Below, in pieces: positions 1 through 10,789 of a stretch of DNA of 43,283 bases. Source of the DNA: Chiloscyllium plagiosum (lineage: Eukaryota); NCBI RefSeq assembly GCF_004010195.1, contig NC_057718.1:39949910-39993192 (forward strand), in the 5' to 3' direction. Every line of letters starts with the position of its first letter. The stretch's first letter is position 1. Below the pieces are notes generated by a model. That model did no database searches, was not told where the DNA came from, and saw only the letters and a list, made by a program, of their open reading frames with translations. A program made the translations under genes and the position numbers.

Positions 1-246
1 CCTACTGTGAATCCTCTTGCAAGGATGCCTGCCTTGAAGAAGTTTTCCTCCTCTCTCTACAAGAATCTCAGGGAGTCTCTCTCTCATTGCAACTCCCAGT
101 CCCCACCCCCACCCTCCTCTAGCTTATCTCTCCATGCTTCAGGCTCTCTGCCTTTATTCCTGATGAAGGGCTTTTGCCCGAAACGTCGATTTTGCCTGTC
201 TTCGGATGCTGCCTGAATTGCTGTGCTCTTCCAGCACCACTGATCC
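1..246 (+). mobile_element. Penelope-like element terminal repeat (pLTR) fragment, family A, running off the window start
   Basis: Bases ~99-246 are a near-identical reverse complement of part of 43058-43283 and share the cctgatgaagggcttttgcccgaaacgtcgat...ccagcaccac unit with six other copies. Bases 1-98 resemble the sequence that follows the pLTR in shark Penelope elements (from recall). Confidence 0.7.
156..191 (+). ncRNA. Minimal type I hammerhead ribozyme motif (family A), core intact
   Basis: CTGATGA 160-166, extra A 167, stem II GGGC(168-171)/GCCC(176-179) with TTTT loop, GAAA 180-183, palindromic ACGT 183-186, predicted cleavage after GTC (187). Stem I is weak (attc/gatt). Confidence 0.6.
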
Positions 247-702
247 TATATCAGAGGGTTGATGAAGGTGAAACACATTGGATATAAATGAAGCAAATGG
301 GGACAGCTACATAACAAGAGAAAGAAACCTGAACACGTGAGCCTTTGTAAGATATATATTCATCTGAATAAAAAAGGTATAAATTTTTTAAAATGCAAGC
401 TGGTACATATTGTTGCTATACTATTTACATTACATAGGAAACAGTAAAGCAGCACAAACTGTTCCTCAATTCGAGTCAGAGTCATTAAGTCAGAGTCATA
501 AAATTATACAGCACGGAAACAGACCCTTCCGTCCAACTCGTCCATGCCAACCAGGTTTTCTAAACTGTACTAGCCCCATTTGCCTGCATTTGGTCCATAT
601 CCCTCTAAACCTTTCCTATCCATGAACCTGTCCAAATGTCTTTTGAATGTTGTAACTGTACTCACCTCTACCACTGCCTCTGGCAGGTTGTTCCATATTT
701 GT

Positions 703-827
703 GGTAAAAACAATGACTGCAGATGCTGGAAACCAGTTTCTGGATTAGTGGTGCTGGAAGAGCACAGCAGTTCAGGCAGCATCCAAGGAGATTCGAAATC
801 GACGTTTTGGGCAAAAGCCCTTCATCA
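703..827 (-). mobile_element. Short Penelope pLTR insertion, family A1; hammerhead GAAA mutated to AAAA
   Basis: ggtaaaaacaatgactgcagatgctgg...gggcaaaagcccttcatca matches 43058-43182. It interrupts the host CR1, with no TSD and a few host bases lost. Confidence 0.8.
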
Positions 828-925
828 CTGTGCGAGAAAGTTGTCCTTCAGGTCCCTATTACACCTTACCCCATGCCTTCTACTTTTGAGATCCCCAACC
901 CGAGAGAAAAGATCTTGGTATTCAC

Positions 926-1166
926 AGTTAAAAATCACACAACAACCAGGTTATAGTCCAACAGGTCTATTTGGAAGCACTAGCTTTCGGAGTGCTGCTC
1001 CTTCATCAGGTGGTTCATCATTTTCTGCATATTTAAATATATACAACCACCTAATGAAGGAGCAGTGCTCCGAAAGTTAGTGCTTCCAAATAAACCTGTT
1101 GGACTATAACCTGGTGTTGTGTGATTTTTAACTTTGTACACCCCAGTCCAACACCAGCATCTCCAA
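926..1166. mobile_element. Inverted pair of Penelope pLTR fragments, family B, inserted in CR1 with ~14 bp TSD
   Basis: Arm 926-1015 is the reverse complement of 1045-1133. The same sequence forms the end of the RT/GIY-YIG element at 21401. Flanks are atcttggtattcac (912-925) and atcttggctattcac (1167-1181). Confidence 0.85.
975..1015 (-). ncRNA. Minimal type I hammerhead ribozyme motif (family B), core intact
   Basis: Minus strand reads aaccac-CTGATGA-a-ggag-cagca-ctcc-GAA-AGCT-A-gtgctt. Stem I is cac/gtg (extendable aa/tt past one C.C mismatch), stem II ggag/ctcc, helix III the palindrome AGCT, with predicted cleavage after CTA. Confidence 0.7.
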
Positions 1167-4100
1167 ATCTTGGCTATTCACCACATCTATGTCTGTCATG
1201 ATTTTACAAACCTCTGTAAGATCACCCCTCAGTCTCCTGTGTCTCAGGGAGAAAGGTCCCAGCCTATCCAGCCTCTCATTGTAATTCAAACCCTCCAATC
1301 TCCTTAACATCCTTGTAAATCTTTTTCGCACCCTTTCCAGTTTAATACGTCCTTCCGATAGCAGGGTGAGCAGAATTATATCAATACCATAAATGTAGCT
1401 TCACCAATGTCTTGTACAGCCGTAACATGACATATCAACTCCTATACTCAATTCCTGCTTTCCAATTTTTAAAATGGGAAGGCAATATTTTCTAGATGTC
1501 TTGGTTCTTATTTATACTGCTCACTGTGGAATTGGGTATATGGATAGAAAGGACTCAGGGTTCATCCCAAATCTGTGGAAATGTAAACTGGGGCAAAATG
1601 ACAACTGGCTTTCACATTACTCAGAGTCAGAACAAAATGGTCAGAACCCTTATGCTAGTGGATCTCCAGTTGCTCCTGCAGGAAGGTGTGCCTAACCATT
1701 TTTCATAATACCTTTTATGGGCAACAATTTGCACATACAATCCTACTTTAAGTAAAACCATATGGATAATGTGCCAGAGGGTAGTTGCCATATATAAAAA
1801 AAGCTGGCTAAGCATGTCTCTGTATTTTCAGATACTGGTAATGTGGGAAGCACAAGTGCGGGCAGGGGAGGTGGTTATTGATGGGATCAATGCAGGGTGT
1901 GGAATAAATAAAGGCGAGACCAAACAGAATGTGAAATTATTACAATTGTTCAAAATGCACGTATGCGAATTGTTCAATATTAACTTTTGGACAGAAAACT
2001 CATTTGCTATTCACCTCTAAAGGAAGACAGACAGAAACAGAATTGAAGACACATTTCATTTCAGCATTGAAATGTAAATGACGCACTGTTGAATAAGAGG
2101 TAATAGGACACACCAGATGGCGAGTTGAGAACAAATTTGAACACAATGCTTAAAAATGCAGATGATTCTCTGAACTAATTTATAGGGAGTAGCTGTTTTG
2201 CTGAGACACTGAAAGTCCTTGGTCGTTCAGTGTTTCTCTTAAAAGCCAACTGCTGAATAAAAAATCAAAAAGCAGGGGAACTCATAACTTTAAAAATGAT
2301 TGCTGTTGAAGCGATTGACAGTCAGGAAGAGGTATTCCAATGAATGAATGGGAATAAAACTCATTCTGGTAAACTGCAGTTAGATATAAGATTTGAATTA
2401 AGGTGAAACAACTTGATGAGGATTAATAAAGTCATCTGCCATCTAAGAAGTGAAATAGGTAACTGGCCTCTTTAAAACATTAAGGTGCATCGCAGTTGTA
2501 GAAGTGTATTCTGTAAATCATCTATGTGATTTGTTTTCTTAGAAACTATGCTTTTCAACTCTGATAAAATTACTTACATTTTGAAGTAGATGTTTTCTGA
2601 ATGTATAAATATTTTAAGATTCATTTCAACTTGATGTGAGCAAGTATACCTCAGTAAGCTGAAGAGGACATAAATTCAATTAAAAACATTGGTCATCTTG
2701 AATGATATACTTAGTTTTTTGTCTCTTATTTTAAACTATTGTAGAATTCTTTGTCTGCAAAATTATTGTTGGTGAGATGAGGAATACTTCACACACTTGT
2801 ATGGAGTTCCTTTGGCTGTCATTTAAATGCAGGCATGACCCCATTTTGTATAAACGGGGTAACATCAGTTTTAAAATACCAAATAAAGGAATGAGAAATG
2901 AATGTGTTCAACACAACTCTGTTAACATTACCGATGGGTTGTCCTCACAAGCATCAACAACATGCTGGATTCTTCCTGTTGTCTTGGTTGGATTGGGGGT
3001 GGGTCAGAAAGGCTATAAAATGCCACAGGAGGACAGGAAGTGAAATGCTCAATACTTTTCTTCTGCCAAAGTATTTCACTGATGGAGAGGAAGTTCCCTG
3101 CTTTCTCCATCCCCAATGCTAACAGGGTCACTGAAGTGTTGGATTAAGGTTCTCCTCCAACCTTTGCTGGTATTTCATCAGTCACAGGTGACCCTTATGC
3201 CAGGTGGCAAGAAAGGCTAGTAAACCGGGCAGCATACCTTTAGCTCAGGACTGCAACTCTCTCCATCAGAGGCACTGTAGCCTAAAGAGGGACCCCCACA
3301 TATCAATGTCTATCCCATCGAAATCATGGTCTTGCCCTCTCCAACCCCTCTGCCCTTTCCTTGGGCCCTGCCTGACAGGTCTGATGACTACTGACCCTAC
3401 TTCATTGTGAAAGTGGTGTTCATTGCTGCGTCGTCTGAGTTGGGTTCAGTCGACACTGCTCCTAGTGACACTGCTAGGACTGAAGAGCTGCCAGCCCTCA
3501 ACTGTATGAAATACCCCTCCCATTCACCAAAATCATCACATATTAAACCCAATGAAACCAGGACACTCTCCTGCCAATGGATTTGAAGGTGACAGGGTCA
3601 CAAAATCCATCTGCAGCCTACTCACGTGTCTGAAGCATTACCAGAGGGTACAAACACTCACCACAACCTCTTGGGATTATTGATGGAAACTTAAGGGCCT
3701 CATTCCACCTCTGCAGGTAACGGAGACAGGAACACCAGGCTATGCACGAAGCCTGGCAGCTTTAGTTGGGCAGGTTGGTGTTGGGCAAAGATATTGGGAC
3801 CTGCTTTGAAGACACCTTGGTCCCATTGGAGCCGTGACCTCCTCCCCATTGCCAGAAATGACACCCCTCACCCACCCTGACACCCTTAACACTTAACTGG
3901 TACCTTCCCACCTCACACTTTATCCACCTGATAACCCATCCACCTGGCATCCTACTTAGCTGGCACCCTACTCACTTGGCATGGTGATACCCTGACCTCA
4001 GTTACCTCACACACTTAGCCTTTCACAGGAGCTATTAAAGAGGCTTTCTGTGTTTCTAGGCAATTAAGTCACATGGCCTACATTGACCCAAGTATTTTGC

Positions 4101-5809
4101 ACTACGAGGGCACAGTGGATTGAAAATATGCTCGACATTTCCATTCAGGCTGAGAGTGGAACGCCCTGCCAGACATATGGGGCCCTTTCTTAAAATAGAA
4201 AAGTAGGAGCCGAGTGTCAATCTGTTTATGATTGCCACTCCTTGGAAAAACCAATCGAATATTTTAACTCACATTCGAGGGAGTCAACTGATGGCCATCT
4301 GTCTATGGAGCCTGCAAGATTTAGTGAAAATCTTTTGGTAGCAAGGTACAACAATCCAATTAATTTATGAAGATTCCTTCCCATGCTGTTTGGTATAACA
4401 CTAGTAGATAATTGAATTTGCCTCAGCAAAGGAGAGTAAGGATAATTGTAGAGTCATAGAATCATGGAGATATACAGCATGGAAACCCGTCCATGCCGAC
4501 GAGATATTCCAACCCAATCTAGTCCCTCCTGCCAGCACCTGACCCATACCCCTCCAAACCCTTCCTATTTATATTCCCATCCAAATGCCTTTTAAATGTT
4601 GCAGTTGTACCAGCCTCAACCACATCCTCTGGCAGCTTATTCCATGCTCTGTGTGAAAAAGTTGCACCTTAAGTCTCTCTTATATCTTTCCCCTCTCACC
4701 CTAAACCTATGCCCTCTAGTTCTGGATGTCCCAACCCCAAGGAAAAGACTTTGTCTATTTATCCTATCCATGCCCCTCATGATTTTGTAAACCTCTATAA
4801 GGTCATCCCCCTCAACCTCCAATGCTCTAGGGATAACAGCCCCAGCCTGTTCAGCCTCTCCCTATAGCTCAAATCCTCCAACCCTGGCAGCATCCTTGTA
4901 AATCTTTTCTGAACCATTTCAAGTTTCACAACATCTTTCTGATAGGAAGGAGACCAGAATTGCATGCAATATTCCAACAGTGGCCTAACCAATGTCCTGT
5001 ACAGCCACAACATGACCTTACAACTCCTGTACTCAGTACTCTGACCAATAAAAGAAAGCATACCAAACACCTTCTTCACTATCCTAGCTACCTGCAACTC
5101 CACTTTCAAGGATCTATGAACCTGCACTCCAAGGTCTCTTTGTTCAGCAACACTCCCTAGGACTTGACCATCAAGTGTATAAGTCCTGTTAAGAGTTGCT
5201 TTCCCAAAATACAGCACCTTGCATTTATCTGAATTAAATTCCATCTGCCACTTCTCAGCCCATTGGCCCATCTGATCAAGATTCTGTTGTAATCTGAGGT
5301 AACCCTCTTCGCTGTCCACTACACCTCCAATTTTTGTGTCATCTGCAAACTGACTAACTGTACCTCTTATGCTTGCATCCAAATCATTTATGTAAATGAC
5401 AAAAAATAGTGGACCCAGAACCGATCCTTGTGGCACTCCACTGGTCACAGGCCTCCAGTCTGAAAACAACCCTCCACCACCACCCTCAGTCTTCTACCTT
5501 TGAGCCAGTTCTGTATCCAAATGGCTAGTTCTCCCTGTATTCCATGAGATCTAACCTTGCTAATCAGTCTCCCATGGGGAACCTTGTTGAACGCTTTACT
5601 GAAGTCCAAATAGATCACATCTACTGCTCTGCCCTCATCAAATCTCTTTGTTACTTCTTCAAAAAACTCAATCAAGTTTGTGAGACATAATTTCCCAACG
5701 TACAAAGCCATGTTGACTATCCCTAATCAGTTCTTGCCTTTCCAAATACATGTACATCCTGTCCCTCAGGATTCCCTCCAACAACTTGCCCACCACCGAA
5801 ATTAGGCTC

Positions 5810-5891
5810 ACCGGTCTATAGTTCCCTGGCTTGTCCTTACCACCCTTTTTACCGGTCTATAGTTCCCTGGCTTGTCCTTACCACCCTTTTT
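5810..5891. repeat. Perfect 41-bp tandem duplication inside CR1 ORF2
   Basis: accggtctatagttccctggcttgtccttaccacccttttt occurs at 5810-5850 and 5851-5891. It is single-copy in the sister element near 35083-35123. Confidence 0.95.
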
Positions 5892-6420
5892 AAACAGTGG
5901 TACCACGTTAGGCAACCTCCAGTCTTCCGGCACCTCACCTGTGACTATCGATGATGCAAATATCTCACAAGAGGCCCAGCACTCACTTCTCTAGATTCCC
6001 ACAGAGTTCTTGGGTACACCTGATCAAGTACTGGGGATTTATCCACCTGTATGTGTTTCAAGACATCCAGCACTTCCTCCTCTGTAATCTGGACATTTTG
6101 CAAGATGTCGCCATCTATTTCCCCACAGCCTATATCCTCCATATCCTTTTCCACAGTAAACACTGATGCAAAATACTTGTTTAGTATCTCCCCCATTTTC
6201 AGCGCTCCACACAAAGGCCACCTTGCTGATCTTTGAGGGGCCCTATTCTCTCCCGAGATACCCTTTTATCCTTAATGTATTTGTAAAAACTCTTGGATTC
6301 TCCTTAATTCTATTTGCCAAAGCTATCTCATGTCCCATTTTTTCCCTCCTAAATATACTCCTACTTCCTTTATACTGTTCGAAGGATTCCCTCAATCTAT
6401 CCTGTTTATACCTTACATAT

Positions 6421-6699
6421 TTTGATTTGATTCCTACAGTGTGGAAACAGGCCCTTTGGCCCAAACCGACACTCTGAAGAGTAGCCCACCCAGACCCATT
6501 TCCCTCTGACTAATTGACTTAACACTATGGCCAATTCACCTGACCTGCGCATCTTTGGACTGTGGGAGGAAACCAGAGTACCCACGCAGACAAAGGGAGA
6601 ATGTGCAAACTCCACACAGACAGTCACCGAGGTTGGAATTGAACCGGGGACCCTGGTGCTATGAGGCAGCAGTGCTAACCATTGAGCCACTGTGCCGCC
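6421..6699 (-). mobile_element. HE1/V-SINE-type tRNA-derived SINE inserted in CR1 ORF2
   Basis: Minus strand ggcggcacagtggctcaatggttagc (box A)...ggttcaattcc (box B), followed by the V-SINE-like core and a CR1-like 3' tail ending in aatca repeats. Similar to 32864-33178. Confidence 0.9.
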
Positions 6700-7699
6700 A
6701 ATGCTGCCTTCTTTTTCTAAACCAAATCCTCAATTTCTTTAGTCATCCAGCATTCCCTATACCTACCAGCCTTTCCTTTCACCCGAACAGGAATATACAT
6801 TCTCTGGATTTTTGTATCTCATTTCTGAAGGCTTCCCATTTTCCAGCCGTCCCTTTGCCTGCGAACATCTCTCCCCAATCAGCTTTTGAACGTTCTTGTC
6901 TAATACTGTCAAAATTAGCCTTCTCCAATTTAGGACTTCAACTTTTAGATCTGGTCTATCCTTTTCCATCACTATTTTAAATCTAATGGAATTATGGTCA
7001 CTGGCCTCAAAGTGCTCCCCCACTGACAACTCAGTCACCTGCTCTGCCTTATTTCCCAAGAGTAGGTCAAGTTTCTCTAGTAGGTACATCCACATACTGA
7101 ATCAGAAAATTGTCTTGTATACACTTAACAAATTCCTCTCCATCTAAACCCTTAACACTATGGCAGTCCCAGTCGATGTTTAAAATCCCCTACCATAACC
7201 ACCCTATTATTCTTACAGATAGCTGAGATCTCCTTACAAGTTTGTTTCTTAGTTTCCCTCTGACCATTAAGGGGTCTATAATACAATCCCAATAAGGCTA
7301 TCGTCCCTTTCGTATTTCTCAGTTCCACCCAAATATCTTTCCTGGATGTATTTCCAGGAATATCCTCCCTCAGTACAGCTGTAGTGCTATCCCTTATCAA
7401 AAATGCCACTCCCCCTCCTCTCTTGGCCCCCATTCTATCCTTCCTGCAGCATTTGTATTCTGGAACATTAAGCTGCCAGTCCTATCCATTCCTAAGCCAT
7501 GTTTCTGTAATTGTTCTGATATCCCAGTCCCATGTTCCTAACCATGCCCTGAGCTCATCTGCCTTCCCTTTAGGCCCCTTGTATTGAAATAAATGCAGTT
7601 TAATTTATTAGTCCTACCTTGTCCCTGCCTGCCCTGAATGTTTGACTCACTTCTGTTCTCAACTGTACCAGTCTCAGATTGATCTCTTTCCTCACTATC

Positions 7700-8704
7700 T
7701 CCCTGTGTCCCACCCCCCCACCTTCCTAGTTTAAATCCTCCTGAGCAGCTCAAAGCAAATTTCCCTGCCAGTATATTAGTCCCCTTCCAATTTAGGTGCA
7801 ATCTATCCTTCTTGTACAGGTCACTCCTCCCCCAGAAGAGATTCCAATGATCCAAAAATGTGAATCCTTCTCCCATACACCAGCTCCTCAGCCATGCATT
7901 CATCTGCTCTATCCTCCTGTTCCTGCCCTCACTAGCTCGTTGCACCGGGAATAATCCAGATATTACTACTCTCGAGGACCTCCTTTTTAAATTTCTGCCT
8001 AACTTTTTGCAATCTCCCTTCAGAATCTCAACCTTTCCCCTTCCTATATCATTGGTTCCAATGTGGACAATGACCTCTTGCTGGCCCTTCTCCCCCTTGA
8101 GAACATTCTGCACCCTCTCTGAGACATCCTTGATCCTGCCACCAGGGAAGCAACACATCATTCTGATTTTTTGCTGCTGGCCACAGAAACATCTGTCTGT
8201 ACCTCGGACTCGAGAATCCCCTAACACAATTGATCTCTTGGAACCCTACATAGCCCTCGTTGCATTAGAGCCAGTCTCAATACCAGAAACTTAGCTGTTT
8301 GTGCTATGTTCCTCTGAGAATCCATCACCCCCTACATTTTCCAAAACAGCATACTTGTTTGAAATGAGTATAGCCACAGAACACACATGCATTAGGTGCC
8401 TACCTCTCTTACCTTTCCTGGAGTTAACCCATCTATGTGACTGTATCTGAGACTTTCCCCCCTTCCTATAACTGTCATCCATCACATAGTGTTGCTGTTG
8501 CAAATTCCTCATTGATTCTAACTGTCTCTCCAACTGATCTATTCGATCTGATAAGATTTGCAACCAATAACATTTACTGCAGATATAATCCGCAGTAACC
8601 CTTAAACTCTCTTTAAACTCCCACATCTGACAAGAAGCAGATATCACTCTACTAAAGGCCATTTTTGCTTCTTCACAATCTACAGACCCAGAAAATAACC
8701 CCAT
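7700..8704 (-). pseudogene. CR1 ORF1: N-terminal zinc-finger/leucine-zipper region plus SGNH/GDSL esterase domain
   Basis: SASCQMW...YICSKCYWLQILSDRIDQLERQL, then LGDS, HIGTND and DRLHL blocks. The ORFs 8291-8704 and 7538-8227 are in frame and separated by one stop codon. Confidence 0.85.
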
Positions 8705-9399
8705 CTTATTCCTCTACAAAACACTGCCTCAGGTTAGCCTAACAGTTATGGCTTATATTTTAAGTTTAATCAAGAGACATATCTCAAAAAACATATAATC
8801 AAGAAAGAACCCACTCTATTCACTACTGCAGACTTTCTGTGGGCCATTTAAAACAATTAACTTATTTGATTCTGTGCTGTGAACTTCACCCAACAGTTCC
8901 TCCAAGATCAGTTGTGAATTTCACTGTTTGTCAATTTTTCCAGATGCACTCCGATGTCCAGCGATATATGAATTCAAACTGCAAACGCAGTACTGTGCAT
9001 GTTCACTCTGGTGTCAGTTTCTTTCTCTGTCTCTCTCCTGCACTGAACTCACCATGTGTTTCCTTTGTCTGTTCTTCTCCCTTTAAAACTGCTGTTGTTT
9101 TGACTTTTTTTTCCAAAGTTTCAAAGCAATGCAACAACATATAAACCAGTAATTGCTGCTCCTGGAATTCGAGGAAATCACCTCCAGCACTAAAATACCT
9201 CAAAAAAGGAGCAGCTGTTACAACCAGAAATTTTTGTATTCTGGCTTGTTATTCTAATTTCAAATCCAGAGTCATGACTTGTCTATGGATCACACCAAGG
9301 TTCAAACTTGAAGTGTGAAATTTGATAGACTCTATCCCCTTGACAATATCATAATACCAGAGAATGTAAAACCTCCATAAAGTGAACTCTTTCATATAT

Positions 9400-10520
9400 G
9401 GGAAGGTGGAGGCATGGTAATAATGTCACTGGACTAGTGATCTGAAGCCCCAGGTTAATTTTGAGGATATCTGTTTGAATTTCATCATGGCAGAATTTGA
9501 ATTCCATAAAATCTTGAATTAAAACAATCTAATAGTGACCATCATATTATTGTAGATTGTCATGAAAATCAATCTGATTCATTACTGCCTTTAGAGAAAG
9601 CAAACCACTCAATTATATTCCACTAATAAGTCTAAACAAAGAAATGAAACCACCCTGCATCAATCTGGGCACCAGAAATAAAAATGGCACAGACAGCTCA
9701 GCCAACCCTGCAAAGTGCCAAAATCACAGGGAACTGTCCCACTGAATTGTCAAACAACATCCCGATGATCAAACCCATGGCACTGTATTTTACAAATGTC
9801 ATGGATCCTACCATCACCATCCTTGGGAATATCCTGCCAACTAGCAGGTAATGAAGGGCCATGCAATGACCATCTCCAACAAGAGAGAATTTAGCCATTA
9901 TTCTTTGATATTCAGTGGCATTATCATTGCTGAATACTCTACTATCAACATTCTGGGCATGACCATTGACAAGACCATTGACAAGAAAATGAACTGGCTC
10001 AAATAAATACTATGGTTATAAGAGCAGATCGCAGGTTAGGAATTCTGCAGCAGTTTACTTATCTCCAGGCTCCCAAAGCCTGTCTACCATCTACAAGATA
10101 TCAGGAGTGTAATACCCTCCAATTGCCTAGATGAGGGCAGCTCCAGCACCACAAAACTCAACTCTACACAGGACAAAGCAATCTACTTGATTGGACTCCA
10201 TCCATAACCTTCAACATTCAATCCCTTCATCACTGATGCACTATGGGTAACAATGTATACCATCTACAAGATGTATGACAGCAGCACACCCAAGTTCCTT
10301 TGGCAGCATCTTCCAAACATTCAACCTCTACCACCTCAAAGGACAAGGCAGAAGATGTTTGAGAACACTATCCCTGTAAGTTCTCCTCTAAGTTCACATA
10401 CCATCCTGACTTGGAACTTCATTATAGCTGAATCAAAAGCCTGGAACTCCCACACCACAACAACCACAGCATTTCAAGAAGGCAGCTCTCCCCCAACTTC
10501 TTGAGAGCAATTTGGGATGA
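9400..10520 (+). mobile_element. Decayed chimeric/internally deleted retroelement: tRNA-like head + APE N-terminus + RT C-terminus of a second CR1-group (Crack/L2-like) LINE family
   Basis: Box-B-like gtttgaatttc at 9473-9483. VKQHPD (9749) and TITILGNIL (9810) are APE-like. AMTISNKRE (9863), INILGMTID (9944) and SQSLSTIYK (10071) are RT C-terminal. The 3' part is shared with 11835-12980. Confidence 0.6.
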
Positions 10521-10789
10521 ATCTAGGTAAGTATTATTCATTATTGCTTTGTTCAGATGTTGAAATATGTCACCATCTGAGTATTCTGTCGAGAATAATG
10601 AGAAATGTTGATAAAAATATGATGGAATTCATAAACAAACATTTGTCTGGTGTGAAACAAACACTGAATTATTTATTTACTGATGAATTGAATATGTAGT
10701 AGCAAGCCCTAGAAGCTTGGTGTTACTGAGTGAACAGTTGTGGATGCAAAATACCACATAAATATTTTGGAATTTCAGAATTCTTTTAG

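Larger units (their letters stand above)
473..1452 (-). mobile_element. CR1/HER1-type LINE 3' fragment, interrupted by two Penelope pLTR insertions
   Basis: Minus-strand peptides RKRFTRMLRRLEGLNYNERLDRLG...RRLRGDL and WNNLPEAVVEVSTVTTFKRHLDRFM (CR1 ORF2 C-terminus). A gagtca(ta)-type tandem tail lies at 473-500. Confidence 0.9.
4560..7600 (-). pseudogene. CR1 ORF2 (APE endonuclease + reverse transcriptase), frameshifted
   Basis: Motifs CIYFNTRGL, RGGGVAFLI, GLYYRP, MVGDF, SDHNSIRF, DVIYLDFSKAFNKVPH, SGVPQGSVLGPLFFVIYINDL and FADDTK are spread over several frames. Confidence 0.92.
4451..9233 (-). mobile_element. Near full-length CR1/HER1-type LINE (5'UTR, ORF1, ORF2, 3' tail), decayed
   Basis: The minus strand has 5'UTR, ORF1, APE endonuclease, RT and a (tctatga)-type tail at 4451-4470 in the correct order. 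A possible 5-bp TSD ttgta lies at 4446-4450 and 9234-9238. The 5' boundary is approximate. Confidence 0.9.

Noticed and set aside
580..1080. 166-aa + strand ORF
   Set aside because: It is a chance read-through across antisense CR1 and two pLTR insertions.
7538..8227. Apparent esterase-endonuclease fusion ORF, or a host GDSL lipase gene
   Set aside because: It is embedded in a decayed CR1. The in-frame run into the ORF2 start is most simply a frameshift in this copy.
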